A stretch of DNA of 64,000 nt. Origin: an uncultured Alphaproteobacteria bacterium. GTDB lineage: Bacteria > Pseudomonadota > Alphaproteobacteria > Reyranellales > Reyranellaceae. Below the pieces are notes generated by a model, which was not told the origin of the DNA, made no database searches, and was given only the letters and a program-made list of their open reading frames with translations. Shown in pieces: positions 41,924 to 53,738 of the stretch (position 1 is its first letter; each line of letters begins with the position of its first letter). The stretch is from contig CAVWKN010000028.1 in assembly GCA_963755585.1 (NCBI GenBank), forward strand, positions 27,592 to 91,591, read 5' to 3'. Made by a program: the position numbers and the translations under genes.

Positions 41924-43336
41924 CTAGATATGGAGCGGCCGGCCGTAGGCCGCCAGTACCGCCTCATGCAACATTTCGGACAAAGTGGGATGCGGGAAAA
42001 CCGTGGCCATCAGCTCGGCCTCGGTCGTCTCCAGGGTCTTGGCGACGCTGTAGCCGTGGATCAGCTCGGTGACTTCCGCCCCGATCATATGGGCACCCAA
42101 AAGCTCGCCGGTCTTGGCGTCGAATATCGTCTTCACGAAGCCTTCGGGCTCGCCCAGCGCAATCGCCTTGCCGTTGCCGATGAAGGGGAACTTGCCGACC
42201 TTGATCTGCAGGCCCTTGGCCTTGGCCGCGGCCTCGGTGAGACCGATGCTCGCGACCTGCGGCTGGCAGTAGGTACAGCCCGGGATGTTCTCGGTCTTCA
42301 TCGGGTGGACGCCCTTGAAGCCGGCGATCTTCTCGACCACCACGACGCCCTCATGCATGGCCTTGTGGGCGAGCCACGGCGGGCCGGCCACGTCGCCCAG
42401 GGCGTAGACGTTGGGCTCGCCGGTGAAGCCCCACTGGTCGATCACGATGTGGGTCTTCTCGACCTTCACCTTGGTGCCTTCGAGGCCCAGGTTCTCGACA
42501 TTGCCGACGATGCCGACGGCGCTGATCACGCGATCGACGGTGATCTCCTGGCTCTTGCCGCCGGACGTGATGGTGGCCGTCACCTTGTCGTTGGCCTTCT
42601 TGAGGTTGCTGACCGTGGCGGCGGTCAGGATCTTCATGCCCTGCTTCTCGAAGGCGCGCTTGGCGAAGGCCGAGACCTCCTCGTCCTCGACGGGCAGGAT
42701 GCGGTCGAGCACCTCGGCGACCGTCACCTCGGCGCCCATCGTGCGGTAGAAGCTCGCGAACTCGATGCCGATGGCGCCCGAACCGATCACCAGCAGCGAC
42801 TTGGGGAATTCCGGCGGCACCATCGCTTCGCGGTAGGTCCAGACGAGCTTGCCGTCGGACTCCAGGCCGGGAAGCTGGCGCGCGCGGGCGCCGGTCGCCA
42901 GGATCACGTTCTTGGCGGTGAGTACGACGTTGCTCTTGTCTTTCAGCGCCACGGCGATCTTGCGCTGCCCGCCTTCGCTGCCCGCGAGCTTGGCGTCGCC
43001 GTCGAACACCGTGATCTTGTTCTTGCGCATCAGCATCTTGACGCCGTTGCTGAGCTGGTTCGCGACCTTGCGCGAGCGCTCGACGACCTTCTTGGCGTCG
43101 TAGGAGAACTCCTTGACGGAGATCCCGAACGAATCGGCGTGCTTGATGAGGCCGAAGACCTCCGACGTGCGCAGCAGCGCCTTGGTCGGGATGCAGCCCC
43201 AGTTGAGGCAGATGCCGCCCATGTTCTCGCGCTCGACGACGGCGGTCTTGAGCCCGAGCTGCGCGGCACGGATGGCGGCGACATAGCCGCCCGGTCCGCC
43301 GCCGACAACGATGAGGTCGAAGCTGGTGTCGGCCAT
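41924..43336 (-). CDS. lpdA: Dihydrolipoyl dehydrogenase
   Basis: GGGPGG, GGICLNWGCIPTK, HPTLSE. Confidence 0.97.
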   Translation of the reverse strand: MADTSFDLIVVGGGPGGYVAAIRAAQLGLKTAVVERENMGGICLNWGCIPTKALLRTSEVFGLIKHADSFGISVKEFSYDAKKVVERSRKVANQLSNGVKMLMRKNKITVFDGDAKLAGSEGGQRKIAVALKDKSNVVLTAKNVILATGARARQLPGLESDGKLVWTYREAMVPPEFPKSLLVIGSGAIGIEFASFYRTMGAEVTVAEVLDRILPVEDEEVSAFAKRAFEKQGMKILTAATVSNLKKANDKVTATITSGGKSQEITVDRVISAVGIVGNVENLGLEGTKVKVEKTHIVIDQWGFTGEPNVYALGDVAGPPWLAHKAMHEGVVVVEKIAGFKGVHPMKTENIPGCTYCQPQVASIGLTEAAAKAKGLQIKVGKFPFIGNGKAIALGEPEGFVKTIFDAKTGELLGAHMIGAEVTELIHGYSVAKTLETTEAELMATVFPHPTLSEMLHEAVLAAYGRPLHI

Positions 43337-43345
43337 GGCGTGCTC

Positions 43346-44659
43346 CTAGACCAGCATCGCAGCCGGCTGCTCGATATAGGCGCGCAGCGTCTGCATGTAT
43401 TGCGCGCCCATCGCGCCGTCGACCACGCGGTGATCGACCGCGAGGGTGCAGCTCATCATGTTGCGCACCACCACCTGGCCCTTGCGTGCGACCGCCCGCT
43501 CCTCGCCCATGCCGACCGCCAGGATCATCGCCTGCGGCGGGTTGATGATGGCGGAGAAGCTGTTGATGCCGAACATGCCGAGATTGGAGATGGTGAAGCC
43601 GCCGCCCTGGAACTCGTCGAGCTTGAGCTTGCCGACCTTGGCGCGGGCGGCGAGATCCTTCATCTCCGCGGCGATCTGCGCCAGGCCCTTCATGTCGGCG
43701 TTGCGCACGATCGGCGTGATCAGGCCGCGATCGGTGGCGACGGCGACCGAGATGTCGACCGCGCCGTACTGGATCATCTCGTCCTCGGTCCACGAGGCGT
43801 TGCACTCGGGATGATCGCGCAGCGCCTTGGCGCAGGCCTTGATCACCATGTCGTTGACCGAGACCTTGGTGCCCTTCTTCTCCGCCACCGCGTTGATCGC
43901 CTGGCGCGCCGCCAGCAGCGCGTCGATCTCGAGATCGACCGTCAGATAGAAATGCGGCACGGTCTGCTTGGACTCGAGCATGCGCCGCGCGATCACCTTG
44001 CGGATCGCCGTGTGCGGCACGCGCGTATCGCCCGGCGCCACGAACACCGGCTGCCCGCCGGACGGCGGTGCGGCCCTGGGCGCGCCGGCCGCAATGGGCG
44101 CGGCGGCAGGCGCTGCAGCCGGCTTGGCCTGCTCGACGTCAGCCTTGACGATGCGGCCGTTCGGTCCGCTGCCCGTGATCCGCGAAAGGTCGAGCCCCTT
44201 CTCCGCGGCGATGCGCTTGGCGAGCGGCGAGGCGAAGATGCGGCCGCCGCTCGGCGCCGCCGCGGGCTTCGCTGCCGGCGCTGCGGCGGCAGGCGTTGGT
44301 GCTGCAGGAGGCGGCGCTGCAGGAGCAGGCTTGGGGGCCGCGGGCGCAGGTGCGGCGGCAGCGGGTTTCGGCGCGGGTGCGGCAGCAGGCGCGGCGCCCG
44401 CCGGCACGGCGGTCTCGCCCTCCTCCAGCAGGATCGCGATCACGGCATTGACCGCCACGCCCTCGGCGCCCTCGGGCACCACGATCTGGCCGATCTTGCC
44501 TTCGTCGACCGCCTCGACCTCCATGGTCGCCTTGTCGGTCTCGATCTCGCAGATCACCTGGCCGGACTTGACCGTGTCGCCCACCTTCACATGCCACTTG
44601 GCGAGCTTGCCCTCGGTCATCGTGGGCGACAGGGCGGGCATCAGGATATTGATCGACAT
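43346..44659 (-). CDS. pdhC: Pyruvate dehydrogenase E2 dihydrolipoamide acetyltransferase
   Basis: ETDKAT lipoyl domain, E3-binding domain, DHRVVDG. Confidence 0.95.
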   Translation of the reverse strand: MSINILMPALSPTMTEGKLAKWHVKVGDTVKSGQVICEIETDKATMEVEAVDEGKIGQIVVPEGAEGVAVNAVIAILLEEGETAVPAGAAPAAAPAPKPAAAAPAPAAPKPAPAAPPPAAPTPAAAAPAAKPAAAPSGGRIFASPLAKRIAAEKGLDLSRITGSGPNGRIVKADVEQAKPAAAPAAAPIAAGAPRAAPPSGGQPVFVAPGDTRVPHTAIRKVIARRMLESKQTVPHFYLTVDLEIDALLAARQAINAVAEKKGTKVSVNDMVIKACAKALRDHPECNASWTEDEMIQYGAVDISVAVATDRGLITPIVRNADMKGLAQIAAEMKDLAARAKVGKLKLDEFQGGGFTISNLGMFGINSFSAIINPPQAMILAVGMGEERAVARKGQVVVRNMMSCTLAVDHRVVDGAMGAQYMQTLRAYIEQPAAMLV

Positions 44660-44675
44660 GGCTGCAGTCCCCGCG

Positions 44676-46066
<1,391 letters not shown>

Positions 46067-46071
46067 AAGGA

Positions 46072-47124
46072 TCAGGCCTCGACCAGGACGTCGGTCCACA
46101 GTTCCGACGGATCGGGCTCGGGACTGTGCTGCGCGAATTCCGCGGCATCGTTCACGATCTTGCGGATCTCGGCATCGACCGCCTTCAGCGCGGCTTCGTC
46201 GGTCTTCTTGTCGTTGAGCAGGATCTTGCGCACATGGTCGATCGGGTCGCGCTCGTTGCGAAACTTGTCGACTTCTTCCTTGCTCCGGTACTTCGCCGGG
46301 TCGCTCATCGAATGGCCGCGGTAGCGATAGGTCTGCATCTCGAGGATGTACGGCCCCTTGCCGCTGCGGGCGTATTCGACGGCCTTCTCGCCGGCCGCCC
46401 GCACCGCCAGCACGTCCATGCCGTCGACCCGCTCGCCCGGGATGCTGAACGCTTCGCCGTGACGATAGAGCTCGGTGGTGGCCGAGGCGCGTTCGACCGA
46501 GGTGCCCATGCCGTAGCGGTTGTTCTCGATGATGTAGATGACCGGGAGCTTCCACAGCGCGGCCATGTTCATGGCCTCGTAGACCTGGCCCTGGTTGGCG
46601 CTGCCGTCGCCGAAATAGGTCAGCGAGACGTTCTTCTCGCCATTGTACTTGTGCGCGAAGGCGAGCCCCGTGCCGATCGGCACCTGGGCGCCGACGATGC
46701 CGTGGCCGCCATAGAAATTCTTCTCGCGGCTGAACATGTGCATCGAGCCGCCCTTGCCCTTGGAGTAGCCGCCGCTGCGGCCGGTCAGCTCGGACATCAC
46801 GCCCTTGGGGTCCATGCCGGCGGCCAGCATGTGGCCGTGATCGCGGTAGGAGGTGATGATCGCGTCCTTGTCGTGGATGGTCGACTGCATGCCGACGACG
46901 ACGGCTTCCTGGCCGATATAGAGATGGCAGAAGCCGCCGATCAGGCCCATGCCGTAGAGCTGGCCGGCGCGCTCCTCGAAGCGGCGGATCAGGAGCATGT
47001 CGTGATAGAAGGATTTGAGCTGATCGGCGCTCACGCTGTTGTCGCCGGGCGCGGGCGATTTGGCGGGCGACTTCGGTCCTGCTGGAAGAGATTCGTCCTT
47101 CGGCTTGACGGCCGGCTTCGCCAT
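46072..47124 (-). CDS. pdhA: Pyruvate dehydrogenase E1 alpha
   Basis: GFCHLYIGQEA, GDGSANQGQ, YRYRGHSMSD. Confidence 0.96.
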   Translation of the reverse strand: MAKPAVKPKDESLPAGPKSPAKSPAPGDNSVSADQLKSFYHDMLLIRRFEERAGQLYGMGLIGGFCHLYIGQEAVVVGMQSTIHDKDAIITSYRDHGHMLAAGMDPKGVMSELTGRSGGYSKGKGGSMHMFSREKNFYGGHGIVGAQVPIGTGLAFAHKYNGEKNVSLTYFGDGSANQGQVYEAMNMAALWKLPVIYIIENNRYGMGTSVERASATTELYRHGEAFSIPGERVDGMDVLAVRAAGEKAVEYARSGKGPYILEMQTYRYRGHSMSDPAKYRSKEEVDKFRNERDPIDHVRKILLNDKKTDEAALKAVDAEIRKIVNDAAEFAQHSPEPDPSELWTDVLVEA

Positions 47125-47328
47125 AGGATCCCCCTCGGTAGCCCCACTCGGCTTATAGCATCGCTTATCGCGATGTGGTTGATCTAGCAGGAAAAAACCA
47201 GATCGCGCGTGCGTGCGTCGCAGCAATTGAGAGATTGTTTGCAAGCGGACAGGCGCGCCGGACAGTTTGTTTCAGCAGGCCGCGAGGCGAACTTTGATCA
47301 ACACGTCATCGACGCGTCGAGCGCGTGC

Positions 47329-47625
47329 TCAGCGTGTCGGCGTGAAGACGATGATGTCTTCCTTGCGCGAGAAGTTCAGCAGGATGCGTGCGCGCTCATC
47401 CAGCATGTCGGGATCGAGACTCTGGTTGCGCAGCGCCGCGACGCGACGCTCCCAGATCTTCCGAGTCGTCTCTGCCTCGGCGAGGTTCTGGTCGGCGATC
47501 ATGGTCTCGCGCTGCAGATGCGCCATGGCCAACAGGCCGCGATCACCGTTCACCAGGTGGTAGCCGAAATAGCCGAACATCATGGCGAAGATGATCGGAA
47601 CCAAAATCTGACGCGGTCGCAACAT
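47329..47625 (-). CDS. ftsB: Septum formation initiator FtsB/DivIC
   Basis: TM + GDRGL + coiled coil + LDPDMLDERAR; eno-ftsB-pdhA synteny. Confidence 0.85.
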   Translation of the reverse strand: MLRPRQILVPIIFAMMFGYFGYHLVNGDRGLLAMAHLQRETMIADQNLAEAETTRKIWERRVAALRNQSLDPDMLDERARILLNFSRKEDIIVFTPTR

Positions 47626-47687
47626 ATGCCAACTTTCCTGCAGCATATGGCAACATATGGTGTCGGAAAGTCAAGTTTTTCGTTCAA

Positions 47688-48414
47688 TCACAGGCTCTTG
47701 GCGTCCGAAAGGGCGATGCGGACGCGCCGGTTATGGCGCCCCTTGTTGTCGATCTTGAGGATGCGGATGGGCGGCGAGCCGCCGGTCGAGGCGAGGTGCG
47801 TGCCGCCGCAGGCCTGCCGATCGAGGCCGGCGATCTCGACGATGCGGATCTTGCCGTCGGGCGTGGGCGGCGGCGCCACCGAGCGGCTGCGGATCAGGCC
47901 ATGCTCGGCCTGCGCCTCGGCCATCGGGACATAGGCGAAGCTCGACCGCGATATCCTGGGCGATCACGTCGTTGATCGGTCCTTCGAGCGCGCGCAGCCG
48001 GTCGTTGTCGGCGCCATGCAGGTCGAAATCCATGCGTGCCGAACCGTCCTCGGCCATCTGCACGCCGGTGACCAGAGCGCCGTCGAAGCTCTGGAAGACC
48101 AGGGCGTTCAGGATGTGCGTGCCGGTATGGAGCTGGCGCATGGTTCGGCGAAAGTCGGAATCGACGATCGCCTCGACGCTTCCCGCAAGTTCAGCCTGGG
48201 TGTCGAGCAGATGCCAGAGCTTGCCCGCACTGACCTCGAAGCCAATCACCCGGGCCTCGCCGCCGTTCCAGCGCAGGACGCCGCGGTCGGCGAGCTGCCC
48301 TCCTCCGCCTGGGTAGAACGGCGTTTCGGCGAGCGCGACCTTGCCGGGCCAGGCCGCTGCGACGGCGGTCTCGACGACCAGCGTGTCGGGATGTTCATGG
48401 CAGAAGAGATGCAT
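47688..48414 (-). CDS. alaX: Free-standing alanyl-tRNA editing protein (AlaX-M-like), frameshift near 47940
   Basis: TPFYPGGGGQLADRG, HTGTH (HxxxH), CGGTH (CxxxH). Confidence 0.88.
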
Positions 48415-48443
48415 GGGTCGCGATTAGCGCCTCGACCCCGTCG

Positions 48444-48460
48444 GGTATTGGCGAAAATTG
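48444..48460 (-). promoter_or_regulatory. Putative AraC-family operator upstream of alaX
   Basis: CAATTTTCGCCAATACC, 29 nt before the alaX ATG; 15/17 identical to 49550-49566. Confidence 0.65.
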
Positions 48461-48607
48461 CCGTCGGCTTTCGCTCCGCCGGGAGTTTCCGCACTTCCCG
48501 CACTTTCCGCTAGTGATTCGCCAATTCCACGTGGTGTGTTTTCCCATGATTTGCCCCAGATATAGAGACGCCGCTGATGGACGACGACGCGGCGGCATGA
48601 TGACCCG

Positions 48608-48635
48608 ACTATAGTGATACTATAGTAAAAGTCAA
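48608..48635 (-). promoter_or_regulatory. Near-consensus sigma70 promoter overlapped by a palindrome
   Basis: TTGACT-N16-TATAGT on the minus strand; ACTATAGT occurs twice (48608-48615, 48619-48626). Confidence 0.55.
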
Positions 48636-48659
48636 GTGATTTTAAACACTCCGCTCAAG

Positions 48660-48695
48660 GCGAATTTCTGCGCACCATGCTGCGCAGAAATTCGC
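48660..48695 (-). terminator. 15-bp perfect hairpin downstream of araC
   Basis: GCGAATTTCTGCGCA-CCATGC-TGCGCAGAAATTCGC; no clear U-tract. Confidence 0.5.
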
Positions 48696-48718
48696 TCCAG
48701 CGGGCCGGCGCGACGACC

Positions 48719-49546
48719 TCAGGCGGCGGCGCGGGCGAACTGCAGCGGCGTGATGCCGTAGCAACGCTTGAAATGCTTGTTGAGCGCACTCTGGTCGTAG
48801 AAGCCCACGGCGGTCGCCGTCTCGGCCAGCGCCGGCGAACGCCGCAGATGGCGGCAGGCCATGCCGAGCCGGATCTGAGTCAGGTAGGCATGCGGCGTCA
48901 GCCCGACAGTCCGCTTGAACAGGCCGATGAGCTGAAACGTCGTGAGGCCGACATCCGTGGCCAGATCCTGCAAATGGAGGTCGGACGCATAGTCGGCGTA
49001 CATGCGCTCCTTCACCCTTGCCAGAATCGCATGGTCACGCGGCGCCGGCCCGATCCGCCCGCCGCCGCTGCCGTGTCGCCGAAACAGGCGGCCGAAGGTG
49101 CCGATCAGGAGCTCGCGTTCGCGGAAGACGTCCCGCCCCTCCTCGATCGCCACATGCATGGCCAGGAAGGCATCGATCAGGTCGCGATCGCCGAAGGTGT
49201 TGCGCGTGAAGTAAGGCACGGACTCGATGCCGAGACCGGTCGCCACCTCGCTGAGCGCCGCGCGCGTCAGGTACATCGCGCGATATTGCCAGCGCTCGCT
49301 CCAGCCCATCCAGCCCGCGTGCGGCTCGGCCGGATTGAAGACGAACAGGGTCGAGGGTGTCGCCTGCTCGACCTGGCCGCGGCTGCGGACCACCGATCCA
49401 CCCTGCTCGGTCACGGCAACGACCAGGGCGTCGTGCGTATGCGGCGGGTATTCATGGGTGGTGAAATCGGCGCACAAGAGGCTGAGGCCGGAGAGGTGCC
49501 GGTCCCACCAATATTGCGTGGAGTTCCTGGGATCGCTGCGCGCCAT
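48719..49546 (-). CDS. AraC family transcriptional regulator (cupin ligand-binding domain)
   Basis: YPPHTHD cupin, NPAEPH, GFYDQS..FKR..GITP. Confidence 0.92.
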   Translation of the reverse strand: MARSDPRNSTQYWWDRHLSGLSLLCADFTTHEYPPHTHDALVVAVTEQGGSVVRSRGQVEQATPSTLFVFNPAEPHAGWMGWSERWQYRAMYLTRAALSEVATGLGIESVPYFTRNTFGDRDLIDAFLAMHVAIEEGRDVFRERELLIGTFGRLFRRHGSGGGRIGPAPRDHAILARVKERMYADYASDLHLQDLATDVGLTTFQLIGLFKRTVGLTPHAYLTQIRLGMACRHLRRSPALAETATAVGFYDQSALNKHFKRCYGITPLQFARAAA

Positions 49547-49549
49547 GCT

Positions 49550-49566
49550 CAATTTTTACCAATACC
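49550..49566 (+). promoter_or_regulatory. Putative AraC-family operator upstream of the ABM gene
   Basis: CAATTTTTACCAATACC, 29 nt before ATG 49596; TAGCGT -10-like box 6 nt before the ATG. Confidence 0.65.
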
Positions 49567-49595
49567 GGATGGGCGTGCGCCACTAGCGTTCAGCC

Positions 49596-49907
49596 ATGAT
49601 CACCCGCCTGTGGCGCGGCCGCGCCGAGACGACGGCCAAGGCGAACGCGTATTTCCGGCATTTCACCGCGACCGTCGTCCCTGAACTCAAGGAGCTCGAT
49701 GGCCATCACGGCGCCTGGCTGCTGCGGCGCGAGGTCGACGGCCGGACGGAATTCCTCGCCGTGACGCTTTGGGAGTCACGCCAATCGATCGAGGCCTTCA
49801 CCGGCCCCGACATCGCCAAGTCGGTGGTCGAGCCCGAGGCACGGGCGATGCTGTTCGAGTTCGACGACTTCGCGACGCATTACGAAGTGGCGTTCAGGAC
49901 AGGCTAG
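49596..49907 (+). CDS. Antibiotic biosynthesis monooxygenase (ABM/Dabb) family protein
   Basis: MITRLWRG, TLWES..SIEAF, HYEV. Confidence 0.8.
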   Translation: MITRLWRGRAETTAKANAYFRHFTATVVPELKELDGHHGAWLLRREVDGRTEFLAVTLWESRQSIEAFTGPDIAKSVVEPEARAMLFEFDDFATHYEVAFRTG

Positions 49908-49929
49908 AGCAACTCCGATCAAGCGTCAT

Positions 49930-50003
49930 CGGACCGCGGGCCTCCAGGCCCGCCTCATTTTGTCGATGCGATGACATGAGCGGGCCTGGAGGCCCGCGGT
50001 CCG
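49930..50003. repeat. REPIN-like doublet, family D
   Basis: 24-bp perfect IR CGGACCGCGGGCCTCCAGGCCCGC between convergent genes. Confidence 0.88.
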
Positions 50004-50026
50004 GCAAGACATGAGTCTCGCCTCTA

Positions 50027-51334
<1,308 letters not shown>

Positions 51335-51415
51335 CTAGCGGCAGGCCCGGTGCGGAGCAAGTGACGGAACGGTGGCGACTTCCTATATTGAGGGCTCATT
51401 CTGGGAGTGACGAAC

Positions 51416-52012
51416 ATGCCCGATCAAACCCACGTCCGGCAGACCACCGCATCCGTCGAGCAGCGGGTCGACGCCATCCAGGCCGCTTTCGAAGAGCGCG
51501 GGATGAAGGCCGGTGAATTCATCGACGAGTTCAAGCACCTCGCCGAGGAGCAGTGGGTGCCCGAGAACGGCGCGCGCGTCGTCGCCAAGGCGTGGACCGA
51601 CCCTGCTTTCAGGCAGCGCCTGCTGGCCAACGGCCGCGATGCCGTGGCCGAGCTCGGTCTCACCATGCCGGTCCATCACCGTCATCTGGTGGTGCTGGAG
51701 AACACGCCCTCGGTGCACAACGTCATCTGCTGCACGCTGTGCTCGTGCACGGCCTTTTCGATCATCGGGCTGCCGCCGGATTGGTACAAGGACCTCGAGT
51801 ATCGCGCGCGGGTCGTTCGCCAGTCGCGCACCGTGCTGAAGGAAATGGGCCTCGACCTGCCGCCGGAGATGGAGATCCGCGTGTGGGATACGACGGCGGA
51901 CACCCGCTACATGGTGCTGCCGGTGCGGCCGGCCGGGACCGACGGATGGCCGGAGGAGAAGCTCGCCAAGCTCGTCTCCAAGGATTCGATGATCGGCGTG
52001 GCGCGTCTGTAG
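51416..52012 (+). CDS. nthA: Nitrile hydratase subunit alpha
   Basis: GARVVAKAWTDP, ENTP, CCTLCSCT metal site, RYMVLP. Confidence 0.95.
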   Translation: MPDQTHVRQTTASVEQRVDAIQAAFEERGMKAGEFIDEFKHLAEEQWVPENGARVVAKAWTDPAFRQRLLANGRDAVAELGLTMPVHHRHLVVLENTPSVHNVICCTLCSCTAFSIIGLPPDWYKDLEYRARVVRQSRTVLKEMGLDLPPEMEIRVWDTTADTRYMVLPVRPAGTDGWPEEKLAKLVSKDSMIGVARL

Positions 52013-52027
52013 GAACGGAGCAGAATC

Positions 52028-52648
52028 ATGGACGGCATGCACGATCTGGGCGGCAAGCAGGGCTTCGGCCGGGTCCGCCATTCGCTCCGCGCGCAGACGT
52101 TCCACGAGCCGTGGGAGAAGCGGGTCAACGCGCTCTATTCCCTGGCGGTGAAGCTCGGCATCTTCAACATGGACGAGTATCGTCATGCGATCGAGCGCAT
52201 GGAGCCGCGCCATTATCTCTCGGCGAGCTACTACGAGCGCTCGCTGACGAGCCTGGCGACGCTCTGCGTCGAGAAGGGAATCGTCCCGCGCGAGGAGCTG
52301 GAACGCCGCGCGCAGGGCCACTTCCCGCTCGCCTCGGCGAGCGCGCCCGGCCGCTCGAATGTGGCAGAGCGCGAGCGCTTCAAGCCGGGCGACAAGGTCA
52401 GGGTGCGCACCGACCACGTTCCCGGCCATGTGCGCATGCCGGGCTACATCCGCGGCAAGACCGGCGTCGTTGTCGGCGTGTCGCCGGCGTATCCTTTTCC
52501 CGACGCCCATGCCCACGGGGTGAAGGCCGAGGACGAGCCGACCTACGACGTGCGCTTCGACGCCGAGGAGCTGTGGCCCAACTCAGCCGACCCGGCCTTC
52601 GTGCATGTCGGCGTGTTCCAGAGCTATCTCGAGCGATCGTCATCCTGA
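52028..52648 (+). CDS. nthB: Nitrile hydratase subunit beta
   Basis: MDGMHDLGG, RHAIERM, YYER, HVRMPGYIRGK. Confidence 0.95.
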   Translation: MDGMHDLGGKQGFGRVRHSLRAQTFHEPWEKRVNALYSLAVKLGIFNMDEYRHAIERMEPRHYLSASYYERSLTSLATLCVEKGIVPREELERRAQGHFPLASASAPGRSNVAERERFKPGDKVRVRTDHVPGHVRMPGYIRGKTGVVVGVSPAYPFPDAHAHGVKAEDEPTYDVRFDAEELWPNSADPAFVHVGVFQSYLERSSS

Positions 52649-52833
52649 GCGAATGGGGCGCATCTGATGCGCCCTAGAAGGATCTCATGCCCTTGGAAGC
52701 GGCGAGAGGTCCTTCGCTTACGCTCAGGACGACAACTGCCGGACCGCGGGCCTCCAGGCCCGCATCTTCGTCGTCGATACGCGATGACATGAGCGGACTC
52801 GGTCGGGGTAACCCGCCTTGAGTCCGCGGTCCG
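52638..52833. repeat. Adjacent family A (52638-52733) and family D (52740-52833) REP elements, each with an extra inserted hairpin
   Basis: Arms match the other copies; inserts GGGGCGCATCTGATGCGCCCT and GGTCGGGGTAACCCGCCTT. Confidence 0.85.
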
Positions 52834-52840
52834 ACCAGCC

Positions 52841-53737
52841 TCAGCGCCAGGCGCTCTTCAGGGCCTGGTCGGTCTTCCACTTCTCGACGGCCGCGACGTC
52901 ATCGCAGGAGAAGGCCTGCGTGTTCTTGCGCGGATTGCCCTCGACCCAGGCGAAGACCAGGCATTGCGACTGGCTCGTGCCGTCCCGCTTGGTTTCGAGC
53001 AGGATTTCGCTGGAGACCGCGGCGCCCACCTTGGCGTCGCCGTAGTCGTCGATCACCGGCTTGACCTCGCCGACCGTGCGGCCGGCTGCCTTGTTGTCGG
53101 CGTACCATTTGGCGAAGGCAGAGAACTGGTCGCCGGCCACGCCCTTGCCGTCGGCCGCGACATAGGCCTTGAGGTCGCGGATCAGCGACTGGGCCGCCGC
53201 TTCGGCCTTGGGCTCGGCCGCCTTGCGGCGCTCGGCGAGCCGGGCCTGCAGCGCTTTCAGCGTATCGGCGTTCGACGGCGTCGCCGGAGAGAGAGGTGGC
53301 CGTCGTGGTCGGCGGCTCGATGCGCTTGATCGGAGCTGCGGCTTGCCTCGGCGTTGAGCTGCTGCGCTTCCTGCGGCGTCAGTTTGCCGACGGCCCGCAG
53401 GCCATGCGCCTTCTGCCAGTCGCTGATCGCCTTTTCCGTCGCCTCCGACTGCAGGTTGCCGTCGATCGGACCGTTGTACTTGTCGAGCGTGCGCAACGAT
53501 TCCTGGATGTGCCTGCGGTCGGGTTCGGCGACTTTGCAGCACCGTCGTGTAGTCGGGCGCCGGCGCCGAGCGCGTCGCGGCGACAGGGGCGCCACCGGAC
53601 GGCGCCGCCGCGGCGCCGCCCCCGCCAGATTGGCTGCACGCCGCCGGATTCTGGAAGCAGCGCTCGACGTCGCCCGCGCTCTGGGCGAGCGCCGCTGCCG
53701 GCATGAGAGCTGCGAAGGCAAGGATCGCGACGCGCAT
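52841..53737 (-). CDS. Secreted protein with a peptidoglycan-binding (PG_binding_1-like) domain, compensating frameshifts at ~53530 and ~53310
   Basis: Signal peptide; IQESLRTLDKYNGPIDG..TEKAISDWQKAHGL..GKLT in the alternate frame. Confidence 0.65.
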   Translation of the reverse strand: MRVAILAFAALMPAAALAQSAGDVERCFQNPAACSQSGGGGAAAAPSGGAPVAATRSAPAPDYTTVLQSRRTRPQAHPGIVAHARQVQRSDRRQPAVGGDGKGDQRLAEGAWPAGRRQTDAAGSAAAQRRGKPQLRSSASSRRPRRPPLSPATPSNADTLKALQARLAERRKAAEPKAEAAAQSLIRDLKAYVAADGKGVAGDQFSAFAKWYADNKAAGRTVGEVKPVIDDYGDAKVGAAVSSEILLETKRDGTSQSQCLVFAWVEGNPRKNTQAFSCDDVAAVEKWKTDQALKSAWR

Positions 53738-53738
53738 G

